DNA from: an uncultured virus (IMG/VR IMGVR_UViG_3300021375_002229)
Lineage: Duplodnaviria > Heunggongvirae > Uroviricota > Caudoviricetes
Length of the DNA: 64,000 nucleotides
Virus record (IMG/VR): IMGVR_UViG_3300021375_002229
Direction: 5' to 3' (one strand)
Of this stretch, positions 38,502 to 47,859 are shown one piece after another. Position 1 is the stretch's first letter; the number at the start of each line of letters is the position of its first letter. Both the position numbers and the translations under genes were made by a program. The notes beneath the pieces were generated by a model that was not told the DNA's origin, searched no databases, and saw only the letters and a program-made list of their open reading frames with translations.

Positions 38502-38729
38502 ATGGCTTTCAAAGACATTTTTAAAGACAAAAACGATATTAACGAAAAATCAGTAGTTGGCTTTGCATCTTTTGCAATTATGACTTTATTTGCTTTGGCT
38601 GATTTAGCAACTGGCTATTTCGGTACTGATTTAGTAATCAATGAATTTATTTACAACTCATTTGTAATAATTACTTTAGGTTCATTTGGTATTGCTGAAG
38701 CAGGTAAGATTTTTGGTAAAAAAGAATAA
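38502..38729 (+). CDS. Small two-TM membrane protein (holin candidate)
   Basis: Follows amidase; probable start MAFKDIF at 38502 with AGGAG at 38490. Confidence 0.55.
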   Translation: MAFKDIFKDKNDINEKSVVGFASFAIMTLFALADLATGYFGTDLVINEFIYNSFVIITLGSFGIAEAGKIFGKKE

Positions 38730-38748
38730 TAAATTAAAAAAATAAGTT

Positions 38749-39222
38749 ATGGTATATTGGTTTACAGGTCAACCAGCACATGGTAAGACTGTATTAGGTA
38801 AAAAACTTCACTCTTTTCTCAAAACAGAAAAACGTAATTGGAGAAAAGATGTTTTTCATCTCGATGGAGATGATTTAAGAGAACTCACAATCAACAAAGA
38901 TTACTCACCTGAGGGTAGAATTAACAATATTAGGAATGCTCAGATGATTACAGAATACTTACACTCAAAAGATTGTGATGTAGTGGTATCTCTTGTAGCA
39001 CCATATCGTTGGTTACGAGAAGAATTGAAAGAAAGAATTGGTTATGAAAACTTTCAAGAATTTTATGTACATTGTTCCGAACCTCGTGAGAGAGACCACT
39101 TTCATGCAAAAGATTACGAAGCACCTGAAGTAGAATTTATCGATGTAGATACTACTAAAGATTCTCCTGATGTATCTTTTTCTAAGATTATAAATCACCT
39201 TACAAAGTTAGATAAAATATAA
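38749..39222 (+). CDS. cysC: Adenylyl-sulfate (APS) kinase-like
   Basis: WFTGQPAHGKT, LDGDDLR, DYSPEGRINN, VSLVAPY, YEAP. Confidence 0.8.
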   Translation: MVYWFTGQPAHGKTVLGKKLHSFLKTEKRNWRKDVFHLDGDDLRELTINKDYSPEGRINNIRNAQMITEYLHSKDCDVVVSLVAPYRWLREELKERIGYENFQEFYVHCSEPRERDHFHAKDYEAPEVEFIDVDTTKDSPDVSFSKIINHLTKLDKI

Positions 39223-40268
39223 TGATAGATAAGTCGAAACTTATCTGTATGACTCCATTTCAATATACAGAGGTTTTTGATAATAAACAATTTTTGTGTT
39301 GTCCTGGTTGGTTAAAGGAAGATATATACGAAACTGAAAGTATAAAAGCTAACTTTAACTCAAAAAAAGCACAAAAAATACGAGAATCTATATTAGATGG
39401 TTCTTATAAATATTGTGATTCTGTACAGTGTCCACATCTATCCGCCTTAAATCAAGATAAATTAATTGATGGTAGATTTGTACCTAAAAACGAAAAAATG
39501 TTGGAACTATATAAACCTATATCAGAAATAAAAACATTTGGTTTTTGTTTTGATAGAAGTTGTAATTTACAATGTCCATCATGTAGAAGTGAATTAGTAA
39601 ATTATTTAGGTAAGGATAGAGATGATGTAGATGAAAAGTTAAGACAGGTTAATGAAGAATTATCAGAAACAATAAAAAGATTATATCTTAGTGGTTCAGC
39701 AGACCCATTTTATTCCAAATCATTTAGACAATTTCTTATAAACTTTGACCCTAAAAAATATCCAAAAATGGAAAATATTCATTTACATACAAATGGTATA
39801 TTATGGACAGAGCAACTTTGGGAAAGAATGAAAACAATACATCCTTTTGTAAAATCATGTGAAATATCGATTGATGCATCTACCAAAGATACTTATGAAA
39901 ATAAAGTCAGAATTGGAGGTAAGTGGGATATTTTAATGGAGCGATTGGAGTTTATAATTAATATTCCAACTATTACAGCTTACCAATTCTCATTTGTAGT
40001 ACAAGATTCAAATTATAAAGAAATGTATAACTTTTTTGAACTAATTAATAATTTAAATTGGAAAACAAATAAGGAATATAATATTTTCTTTAATCATATG
40101 ACAAATTGGGGTACTTTTACTGAAGAAGAATATTTACAAAAAGATATTAGTAATCCAACTCATGAGAAACATGAAGATTTTTTAAAACAGTTAAATAAAA
40201 TTAGTGGGCAAAAAAATACATCACACAATTTTAATCATTTATTTGAATCAAAAGTAAGTTTAATATAA
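39222..40268 (+). CDS. Radical SAM enzyme with N-terminal twitch/SPASM-like Cys cluster
   Basis: CNLQCPSC; CMTPF..CC..C..C; HTNG; ISIDA. Confidence 0.85.
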   Translation: MIDKSKLICMTPFQYTEVFDNKQFLCCPGWLKEDIYETESIKANFNSKKAQKIRESILDGSYKYCDSVQCPHLSALNQDKLIDGRFVPKNEKMLELYKPISEIKTFGFCFDRSCNLQCPSCRSELVNYLGKDRDDVDEKLRQVNEELSETIKRLYLSGSADPFYSKSFRQFLINFDPKKYPKMENIHLHTNGILWTEQLWERMKTIHPFVKSCEISIDASTKDTYENKVRIGGKWDILMERLEFIINIPTITAYQFSFVVQDSNYKEMYNFFELINNLNWKTNKEYNIFFNHMTNWGTFTEEEYLQKDISNPTHEKHEDFLKQLNKISGQKNTSHNFNHLFESKVSLI

Positions 40269-40699
40269 TGAATTGTACTGATATAATTAAATTTCTTGAA
40301 AAGAAAAATCACTTAAGAATACAAAATCAGAAAAATCACTACACAAAAATTTCTTTAAGTAAAAATACTGAAACTTGGATTTTTGATTTTGTTGAATCTA
40401 AGCTATCATCACAATACACAATAAAAGAGGATTTTAGAGGATTAAAATATACCAAAGGTGATTTTATGAGTTTACATAAAGATGGTGATTATTCTCATGC
40501 CTATTTAAGTGGTGGTATGTTACTTAATGATGATTATGATGGTGGTGAGTTTATTATAGAAGGTACGCCATTAGATATTTCTATTGGTGAAGTTTTTACT
40601 TTTGGTAGAAATGAACTACACGAAGTAAAACCTATAAAATCGGGTGTTAGATATTCTTTACATTTTCATGTTATGTTAAGAGAACCTAATTTGTTTTAA
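40268..40699 (+). CDS. 2OG-Fe(II) oxygenase
   Basis: HKD, LNDDYDGGEF, HEVKPIKSGVRYSL. Confidence 0.85.
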   Translation: MNCTDIIKFLEKKNHLRIQNQKNHYTKISLSKNTETWIFDFVESKLSSQYTIKEDFRGLKYTKGDFMSLHKDGDYSHAYLSGGMLLNDDYDGGEFIIEGTPLDISIGEVFTFGRNELHEVKPIKSGVRYSLHFHVMLREPNLF

Positions 40700-41398
40700 A
40701 TGAAAATAAAATTAATTTGTTGCGTTGGGTTAGATTACGATTTGGATTTGATTCCACATTTTACAAAACACTATTCTCAATATAATATAAATTCATATCA
40801 TTTCATATTAAATAAAAGTAATGAGTTTGACATTACAGATTATTTAGAGTATTTTAGTAACTTACATCCAACTGAAATAGTATTTGAAAAATGGGCTGGT
40901 GAATTTAATGCAATAGATAAAATAGATAAGTTTAATAATATAATAGAAGATAGCAAAGAATATCATATACTATTAACAGATGTTGATGAGTTCCAAAATC
41001 ATAAAGATGATATCGTAGATGATTATGTTTGGGGTAACTTAATTGATAGAGAATCTGAAGATGGTTTAGTTAAACAAGTAACATCAGTTGATATTAACCA
41101 ACAGTTTCCAATAAAGAGTCAAAAGAGTGAGTGGAAAAATACTATTAAACCATGTGTATTTCCATCAACTGAAAGACTTAAATCATCTCATTATATAACA
41201 ACAAACTATTCAGAAGAAAAAACTATTGATGTAAACCATTATAGATGGACTAATACACGATTAGAAAAATCAAAAAATAGATACGATATACATAACCGAT
41301 TAAACAAAGAAGGCAAAACTTTTAAAAGTGGTGCTATATTGGATACATATGATAGCTTAAAAATTATAAATCAATTAAAACCAAAATCTAATATATGA
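40700..41398 (+). CDS. GT2-like glycosyltransferase
   Basis: HFTKHY, LTDVDEF, HYRW. Confidence 0.6.
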   Translation: MKIKLICCVGLDYDLDLIPHFTKHYSQYNINSYHFILNKSNEFDITDYLEYFSNLHPTEIVFEKWAGEFNAIDKIDKFNNIIEDSKEYHILLTDVDEFQNHKDDIVDDYVWGNLIDRESEDGLVKQVTSVDINQQFPIKSQKSEWKNTIKPCVFPSTERLKSSHYITTNYSEEKTIDVNHYRWTNTRLEKSKNRYDIHNRLNKEGKTFKSGAILDTYDSLKIINQLKPKSNI

Positions 41399-42108
41399 AT
41401 TTGGTAACTACAATACTAACTGTAACCGATAGGTTGGAATATTTAGAATCTCAATTAGAATCTATAAATAACCAAACCATAAACTCAGATATCATAATAC
41501 ATTGGAATACTGATTCTGAATATGATTTAGATTATCCAGCAATAATATATCGTAACCAACATAAGAGTGAACCTCTATACAATAGATTTATAAGTTCACT
41601 AAATATCACCACTCCTTATGTATTCATATGTGATGATGATATTTTACCTGGAAAAAAATATTTAGAAAGATGTTTAAATTTTTCAAAAAATAAAAATGTG
41701 TGTATAACTTCTTGTGGTATGAGCTTTGATGATGGAGAGACTGAATATAATGTGAGTAGAAGAATAGGTCAAACCACTTTCCCAAGCTCACCAGTACAAG
41801 TCCATATGGGAGGACAGGGTTACTTTTTTAAAACTGAACTATTGAGAAGATATTGTGATTATAAAATACATGATGATAAATGGGGAGAAGATATTCATTT
41901 AGGTTTCGTATGTTATAAAGAAAATATACCTACATACGTTTTGAGTAAAGATAAAAACGATAAAGATACTTGGCAAGATTTAAACTTGGGTAAACGAGGT
42001 GATGATGAAATGGCTCAATGGAGATATCCCACTCACAAGATAGTGAGAGATAAACTTATGAAAATATATACTTCATTAGGATGGGAATTTAAAAAATCAG
42101 TATTATGA
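41395..42108 (+). CDS. GT2-like glycosyltransferase
   Basis: LESINNQT, ICDDDILPG, WGEDIHL. Confidence 0.75.
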   Translation: MNLVTTILTVTDRLEYLESQLESINNQTINSDIIIHWNTDSEYDLDYPAIIYRNQHKSEPLYNRFISSLNITTPYVFICDDDILPGKKYLERCLNFSKNKNVCITSCGMSFDDGETEYNVSRRIGQTTFPSSPVQVHMGGQGYFFKTELLRRYCDYKIHDDKWGEDIHLGFVCYKENIPTYVLSKDKNDKDTWQDLNLGKRGDDEMAQWRYPTHKIVRDKLMKIYTSLGWEFKKSVL

Positions 42109-42731
42109 AAATATTAATAATTTCTGTACCGAGAAGCGGCTCAACATCATTGGCATACAACCTAAAAAGTACTTTAGAGTATAATGAGATATTCGTAGAA
42201 CCATATTTGTATCAAAAACATAATGAAAGTTTTATATCGAAAAGAACCTTTGAACATGGGTACCCACTAAAATTATCAAAAAATAGTATTGTTAAAACAA
42301 TGTCATATCAAGTAGCATCTCAGTATGGTAAACCAAAAGATTTTACTTCATTTATATCCGAATGGAAAAAAGAATTTGATAAGATAATTTTGTTATCACG
42401 AAAAGATAAACAAGAACACTTTGTAAGCTGGGTAAATTTGTTGAGTAAACAAGAGAATGGTGAATCAGTTTATAAAAAATGGAATATTACCGAAATAGAG
42501 GGTAAGTTAAAAAACTATAATTATAGTGAATTCAAACCACACAGAGATGCAATTGAAGAACTATCCAAATTATTTAATTTACCTATAACTTATTATGAAG
42601 ATTTATATGGTGAAGATAGAAATAAATCTTTGGAAATTATAAAAAGTTGGAAACTAAATATCAATGTTAATAAATTAAATGAATTATCTAATCCAATATA
42701 TAAATTAAAACAAAATAAAAATATAATCTAA
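42105..42731 (+). CDS. Sulfotransferase-like P-loop protein
   Basis: PRSGSTSL, EP, LSRKD..S, YYEDL. Confidence 0.7.
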   Translation: MKILIISVPRSGSTSLAYNLKSTLEYNEIFVEPYLYQKHNESFISKRTFEHGYPLKLSKNSIVKTMSYQVASQYGKPKDFTSFISEWKKEFDKIILLSRKDKQEHFVSWVNLLSKQENGESVYKKWNITEIEGKLKNYNYSEFKPHRDAIEELSKLFNLPITYYEDLYGEDRNKSLEIIKSWKLNINVNKLNELSNPIYKLKQNKNII

Positions 42732-43558
42732 TGATAATTTATACAAATGGTTGTTCTCATAGTATTGGAGTTAGTAAAGAATATAGCTGGTCTAAGGTAG
42801 TTTTAAATTCATTATGTAGAGATGGTAAATATATTCATATAAATAATGATAAAATCAATTTAATTCATAATATAAATATTTTATATAATGATTCCGATAG
42901 TGCTAAAGGTAATGATATGATTTACATTCAAACCTTAGAATTTTTATCACAATGTAGGAATGAAAACACCAAACCAAATTATGTAATTATACAATGGAGT
43001 GGTCCAAGTAGAGTAGCTAGACAAGATGTATCTGAAAATATGGTATTTAATACACCGAGTGATGATGAAAATAATATAATTTTTGAACCACATGGAAGTA
43101 GATTAACTTTATCCTATATGATTTCTTTACAAGAAATTTTAAAATCAATGAATATTGAATATTTTTTTATTAACTATATGGAATTAGATACTAAAATAGA
43201 AAAATATAATATATTAAATAGCTTAGATACATCAAGATGTATTTCATTTAATGAATCAACTCATCCATTATTTGATGGATGGAGAACATCAATACGAAGA
43301 AATGGATTATCTATGGATTCAGATGGTCATCCAAGTTATTTAGGACATTATTTTATAGCCAATCGTATATTGAACTATATTAATGTAGATAATTCTGATG
43401 TAGGATTTTTTGAATTGTTAAAGAATAATAATTTAAAGTATGTAAAATATTATAAAGACAAATACGTTTCTAAAAAAATAACAATTAAAAATGCTAAAGA
43501 ATTGGGAGATTCCTCACTAGATACCAAAAAAAGTTTTATAAAACGATTTATTATATAA
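42731..43558 (+). CDS. SGNH-like protein (close paralog of 35961)
   Basis: NGCSHS, GND, IQWSGPSR, DGHPS. Confidence 0.65.
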   Translation: MIIYTNGCSHSIGVSKEYSWSKVVLNSLCRDGKYIHINNDKINLIHNINILYNDSDSAKGNDMIYIQTLEFLSQCRNENTKPNYVIIQWSGPSRVARQDVSENMVFNTPSDDENNIIFEPHGSRLTLSYMISLQEILKSMNIEYFFINYMELDTKIEKYNILNSLDTSRCISFNESTHPLFDGWRTSIRRNGLSMDSDGHPSYLGHYFIANRILNYINVDNSDVGFFELLKNNNLKYVKYYKDKYVSKKITIKNAKELGDSSLDTKKSFIKRFII

Positions 43559-43612
43559 GGAAAGTATATCAAAAAGTTTTAATACACTATACTTATATAT
43601 AAACACATTAGT

Positions 43613-44182
43613 ATGGAAAATAAAGAAAACGAAGATAAGGTATTCCCTAACTTCGACCCAACAAAAGACCTTTCATTAGCAGGTAAGCAAAGAAGAATGA
43701 AAAGAGGATTGGGAGCTAAACCACTCTTAGAATCAGAAATCAAAGATGCACAAAATAAAGCACGTTCTGCTATGGAAGCAGCACGATTACTTGGGGTATC
43801 TTATAACACTTATAAAAAATACGCAAGAAAATATGGTATATTCGAAGATTTAAAGAATCCTGATGGTACTGGTATCAGAAAGGGTTATAATCTTAAAAGA
43901 GGAAAATATTCCTTGGAAGATATTCTTGCAGGTAAATATCCAGATTATCCTATTTGGAAATTAAAACAAAGATTATTAAACAATGGTTATATGTTAGAAA
44001 AATGTAACTCTTGTGGATTCGAAGAAAAAAGAATTACTGATGGTAAGGTACCATTAGTATTAGATTTTGAAGATGGTGATAGGAGAAATCATAAGCATGA
44101 AAACTTAAGAATGTTATGTTTCAACTGCTCATTTTTAATTAATGGAAATCTTACAGGTCCTAAAAAAGAATACGAATATTAA
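43613..44182 (+). CDS. HTH plus degenerate HNH/Zn-finger protein
   Basis: AARLLGVSYNTYKKY HTH; CNSC...LDFEDGDRRNHKHENLRMLCFNC. Confidence 0.7.
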   Translation: MENKENEDKVFPNFDPTKDLSLAGKQRRMKRGLGAKPLLESEIKDAQNKARSAMEAARLLGVSYNTYKKYARKYGIFEDLKNPDGTGIRKGYNLKRGKYSLEDILAGKYPDYPIWKLKQRLLNNGYMLEKCNSCGFEEKRITDGKVPLVLDFEDGDRRNHKHENLRMLCFNCSFLINGNLTGPKKEYEY

Positions 44183-44196
44183 TTTATTGTAAATTA

Positions 44197-44228
44197 TTTG
44201 GTTAATTCAAATAATTTTCGTATCTTTA
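44197..44228 (+). promoter_or_regulatory. Bacteroidota sigma70-type promoter
   Basis: TTTG(44197)-N20-TATCTTTA(44221). Confidence 0.75.
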
Positions 44229-44268
44229 CATCAATAAATACATATATATTAATATAAATAAATAAATT

Positions 44269-44481
44269 ATGAGTAAATACTTTGAAGTTACAGTAGAAGT
44301 GGAAGTTGCAACACTTAAAAACGGCAACCCAAAATTAAAAAAAGAAATCTACTTAGTAGATGCACAATCAGTAACCGAAGCTGAAGCAAGAACCGTAAAG
44401 GATTTTGAAGATAGTGGAGTTCAGATTGACTACAAAGTAAGTGGAGCAAAAGAAAGTAGAGTACTAAGAGTAATTGAGTAA
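44269..44481 (+). CDS. DUF4494-like protein (Bacteroidota family)
   Basis: YFEV.V...KE.YLVDAQSVTEAEAR. Confidence 0.7.
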   Translation: MSKYFEVTVEVEVATLKNGNPKLKKEIYLVDAQSVTEAEARTVKDFEDSGVQIDYKVSGAKESRVLRVIE

Positions 44482-44747
44482 TGAGTAAAGAACCTCAGAT
44501 ACAACAAGAAGAAGTAAAGACAAAGGTTGCAAAGAGAGTACCACCTGGTGATAGGTGGTCTCCTCTTTCTAATACTACCGTAAAGTTGGATTCTTTAACT
44601 GATGTACTTGAATTTATTTATCAAGATACAGGTAAGACACAATTTTATATGGATGCTAGAGAAGGATTCGTATATGTTGTAGATACAGAAGAAGTGGTCA
44701 TAGAACCAGAACCAGAAAAAAAATGGAGTTTATACGGTGAAGAGTAA
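44481..44747 (+). CDS. Hypothetical protein
   Basis: 88-aa coupled ORF. Confidence 0.65.
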   Translation: MSKEPQIQQEEVKTKVAKRVPPGDRWSPLSNTTVKLDSLTDVLEFIYQDTGKTQFYMDAREGFVYVVDTEEVVIEPEPEKKWSLYGEE

Positions 44748-44874
44748 GTTAAGAAAGCTAGTTTTAAAAGTAATTTTTGCATATGCATTATTGTTTCCAT
44801 CATCAGGTCTCATTGAAGAACACAAGTCAATAAAAGAGATGGAAGATGATGATGAATTACATTTAGGTATATGA
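44737..44874 (+). CDS. Hypothetical 45-aa protein
   Basis: GTG start; ATGA overlap with 44871. Confidence 0.4.
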   Translation: MKSKLRKLVLKVIFAYALLFPSSGLIEEHKSIKEMEDDDELHLGI

Positions 44875-46130
44875 AGTTTTATGTTTATCATCCCTTTTCA
44901 ATAGGGTTGGTGTATATGCTTACTCATAATACTCAAAATAGAGTTATTGATGAAAAGGCAGAAAGAGTTATTTGCTCTTATAATAACGTTGATATGGAAT
45001 TCAACTTTAATAATTTCACCGAAACCCAAACTGATGCATATCATATCATATTTAGAGAAGATATGGTTAAGCAACAATTTCCAATGATAGGAGATATGCA
45101 TGGGTATCAACTAAAAATGGGATTTCCTGAATGTGTAAAGCATGAATACAAATCTTTATTAGATAATTTAAAATGGGATTTAAATTGGGTTTTACTTTGG
45201 AATTATGGTGAAAATAAATTTGTTCATGTAAATCGTGATAGCATTCATCGTTCAAAAGAAATAAAATATTTAAATGAGTTATCAGAAAAATCTATATTTT
45301 TCTCAGATAATCATATAAAAGATGATTTAGATATTGGGTTAAGGGAAAAAAACTTTAATACTTGTTTAACTAATGATTTGTATGTATGGAATAAATTAGC
45401 ACATATAAGATGGGCAAGTGAATTTAAAAGTACATTTGAAAACTTAGCTCCTCCTTACAAATTATGTACCTCATTTCGTTCACCAAAACCACATCGAATT
45501 GAACTTGTTGAAAAATTATCAAAAGAAAATTTAGATGATGTATTCGTATCATTTTCAACAGCCATATTTGAAGCATATAGAGGAACATATGACCATTCTT
45601 GGTCTGATATTCATTACGATGATTTATTAGAACATATTAAAAGTATTCCAAATCTGAACATAAACGATGTTGGGTTTGATGTTGAGAATGATTTTGAAAA
45701 TCTTTATATAGTTGGAAATACTGAAAAAAACTACATGGAATTTGATTACTATTTCAGAATATTACCAAAAGCACAGGTTCAACTATTGGATGAAACTCAT
45801 TCATATGTAAATAAAATGAATATTCCAATGAACCTTAGTGAAAAGACTTATATATTTCTATTAGCTAATATACCATTTATTAGTACTCACTATTATCCAT
45901 TTGATTTAATTAGAAAACATATAGTAGATTTAGAGTACCCATATTATAAAGATATGGTAAAGGTATCTAATAATACAGATGAACTTGTTAAATTTATAAA
46001 AAAGTTTATAGATAATTTTGATGAGATGTATCCAAAGATAAAAGAATGGACTGATAAAGTTCACATGGAACTGATGAATAAAATGAAAAATAATAATTCA
46101 TTTTTAGAACACATGACAACTAAAATTTAA
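44871..46130 (+). CDS. Hypothetical GT-B-like protein (paralog of 5846 and 52986)
   Basis: R.PKPHR, LLDET, LSEKT...IPFI. Confidence 0.55.
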   Translation: MKFYVYHPFSIGLVYMLTHNTQNRVIDEKAERVICSYNNVDMEFNFNNFTETQTDAYHIIFREDMVKQQFPMIGDMHGYQLKMGFPECVKHEYKSLLDNLKWDLNWVLLWNYGENKFVHVNRDSIHRSKEIKYLNELSEKSIFFSDNHIKDDLDIGLREKNFNTCLTNDLYVWNKLAHIRWASEFKSTFENLAPPYKLCTSFRSPKPHRIELVEKLSKENLDDVFVSFSTAIFEAYRGTYDHSWSDIHYDDLLEHIKSIPNLNINDVGFDVENDFENLYIVGNTEKNYMEFDYYFRILPKAQVQLLDETHSYVNKMNIPMNLSEKTYIFLLANIPFISTHYYPFDLIRKHIVDLEYPYYKDMVKVSNNTDELVKFIKKFIDNFDEMYPKIKEWTDKVHMELMNKMKNNNSFLEHMTTKI

Positions 46131-46210
46131 ACTATAAAACACACTTTTCCGAATTACAGTATATTTATATACGAATTCAAACACAGATTATTAATTAATA
46201 AATAAAGATT

Positions 46211-46606
46211 ATGCAAACAATTTTAATTATTTTAGGACTTCTAGCCATTGGAGCAGGAGTTTATTTCTTTCTTATCAAATCAGGTAAGATTGAGGACAAA
46301 GACGGAGATTTCATCGCTGATGTGGTGGAGGATAAAGTTGAAGATATCAAAGATGATGTCAAATCAACTGTAAAAAAGGTCAAAACAAGAGTTAAAAAAG
46401 TTAAGGAAGAAATTGGTGATGTAGTAGAAGAATTGTCAGATGTAATGTCTGCAATTAAAGGTAAACCTACAAAAACTAAACTTAACAAACTTACTAAAAA
46501 AGAATTAGTAGACTCTACAAAAGCTGACCATGGAGAAGATTTAGATATTTCAGTAAAAAAATCAACTCTAGTAAATAAAGTTTACTCAATTTATAACAAA
46601 AAATAA
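46211..46606 (+). CDS. Membrane-anchored protein with C-terminal Rho-N/SAP-like helical domain
   Basis: N-terminal TM; DKDGDFIAD; LNKLTKKEL...KKSTLV. Confidence 0.55.
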   Translation: MQTILIILGLLAIGAGVYFFLIKSGKIEDKDGDFIADVVEDKVEDIKDDVKSTVKKVKTRVKKVKEEIGDVVEELSDVMSAIKGKPTKTKLNKLTKKELVDSTKADHGEDLDISVKKSTLVNKVYSIYNKK

Positions 46607-46615
46607 GGAGTAACC

Positions 46616-47500
46616 TTGAGTTTAAAGAAAGTAATTACCGAAGCAGTAGTTATCGATTCAATGTATGATATCGAAGAACAACTATTGAACATAAAAGAAA
46701 CTTTATTAGAACAGATGATTATCGAGGGTGTTGATGACCCTGGTATTCTCAAATGTGTTTTCATGGCAGGTGGACCTGGTTCAGGTAAATCCTTTACTGC
46801 CATGGAGATATTCGGTATTGATAAAAAACTCAAAACATCATTCTCATCAACAGGTCTTAAATCAGTTAATTCAGACTCAGCATTTGAAAAAGGATTAAAA
46901 GATAATGGTATAGACCCAAGGAAATTAGCAGATATAGAAAAGAATGATGCTGAACTTTGGTATAAAATATCAGGTGGTTCATCATCAACTTCTGATAGTT
47001 CATATGATGTAAGAAAAGGTAAGAGAGGTGGTGCAATAAAGGGAACAAGTATCAGAGCAAAAGCTAAGGCACTAACCGCTAAACAAAAAGCATTTTACGA
47101 AGCAGGTAGGTTGGGTATGATTATCGATGGTACTGGTCATGTTTACAGTAAGATTCAGAAAAATAAAAAATATGCAGAATCATTAGGTTATGATACCTAT
47201 ATGATATTTGTAAATACTTCACTTGAAGTTGCTAAAGAAAGAAACCAAAATAGAGATAGAGTTCTATCTGATGAACTACTTACTAAGTCATGGAATGATG
47301 TTCAGAATAACTTAGGTAAGTTCCAAAATTTATTTGGTGGTAACTTTAGAATTGTAGATAATACAGTTTATAAACCTATCGCAAAACAAGTACAGAAAGC
47401 AGTAAACACTTTCATAAGAAAAAAGGTGTATAATCCAATCGGAAAGAAATGGATACAAACTGCAAGAGCTCTCAAAAACAACAATCTCATTAAAAAATAA
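46616..47500 (+). CDS. P-loop kinase (zeta-toxin/AAA_33-like)
   Basis: MAGGPGSGKS, VNSD, IIDGTG, ERNQNRDR; AGGAG + TTG start. Confidence 0.75.
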   Translation: MSLKKVITEAVVIDSMYDIEEQLLNIKETLLEQMIIEGVDDPGILKCVFMAGGPGSGKSFTAMEIFGIDKKLKTSFSSTGLKSVNSDSAFEKGLKDNGIDPRKLADIEKNDAELWYKISGGSSSTSDSSYDVRKGKRGGAIKGTSIRAKAKALTAKQKAFYEAGRLGMIIDGTGHVYSKIQKNKKYAESLGYDTYMIFVNTSLEVAKERNQNRDRVLSDELLTKSWNDVQNNLGKFQNLFGGNFRIVDNTVYKPIAKQVQKAVNTFIRKKVYNPIGKKWIQTARALKNNNLIKK

Positions 47501-47634
47501 TGGCATACATATCAGGTAATGTTCTAACCACATCTAAAAAGAAAAGACCAGGTGTTCATTCAAAGACAAAAACCTCCCGTAGTAAAAACGCTAAATACTA
47601 CAAGAAGGCATACAGAGGACAGGGTAAACGATAA
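47500..47634 (+). CDS. 44-aa highly basic peptide ending YRGQGKR
   Basis: Manually translated MAYISGNVLTTSKKKRPGVHSKTKTSRSKNAKYYKKAYRGQGKR; TAATG overlap. Confidence 0.7.
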   Translation: MAYISGNVLTTSKKKRPGVHSKTKTSRSKNAKYYKKAYRGQGKR

Positions 47635-47697
47635 TTTACGTTTTTTACAACTTTTCTATATTTAATTCCATATAACTAAAACTAATTTTAGAAAAAT

Positions 47698-47859
47698 ATG
47701 GCAAACCTATCAGAAGAAATCGGCAGAATCTGTAATATATTAGAAGATTCAGTTGAAGAACAAGATTGGAATCTTGTTAACAAAATGATTGAGGACCTTA
47801 ATGATGTTTACGAACGTTTAGATAAGGAAGAGAATGGATACACTCAAGATTACGAATAG
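47698..47859 (+). CDS. Hypothetical 53-aa acidic protein
   Basis: MANLSEEIGRICNILEDS...; abuts next gene. Confidence 0.6.
   Translation: MANLSEEIGRICNILEDSVEEQDWNLVNKMIEDLNDVYERLDKEENGYTQDYE

Noticed and set aside
46616..47500. Zeta toxin-antitoxin module
   Set aside because: Only a generic P-loop kinase signature; no identifiable epsilon antitoxin
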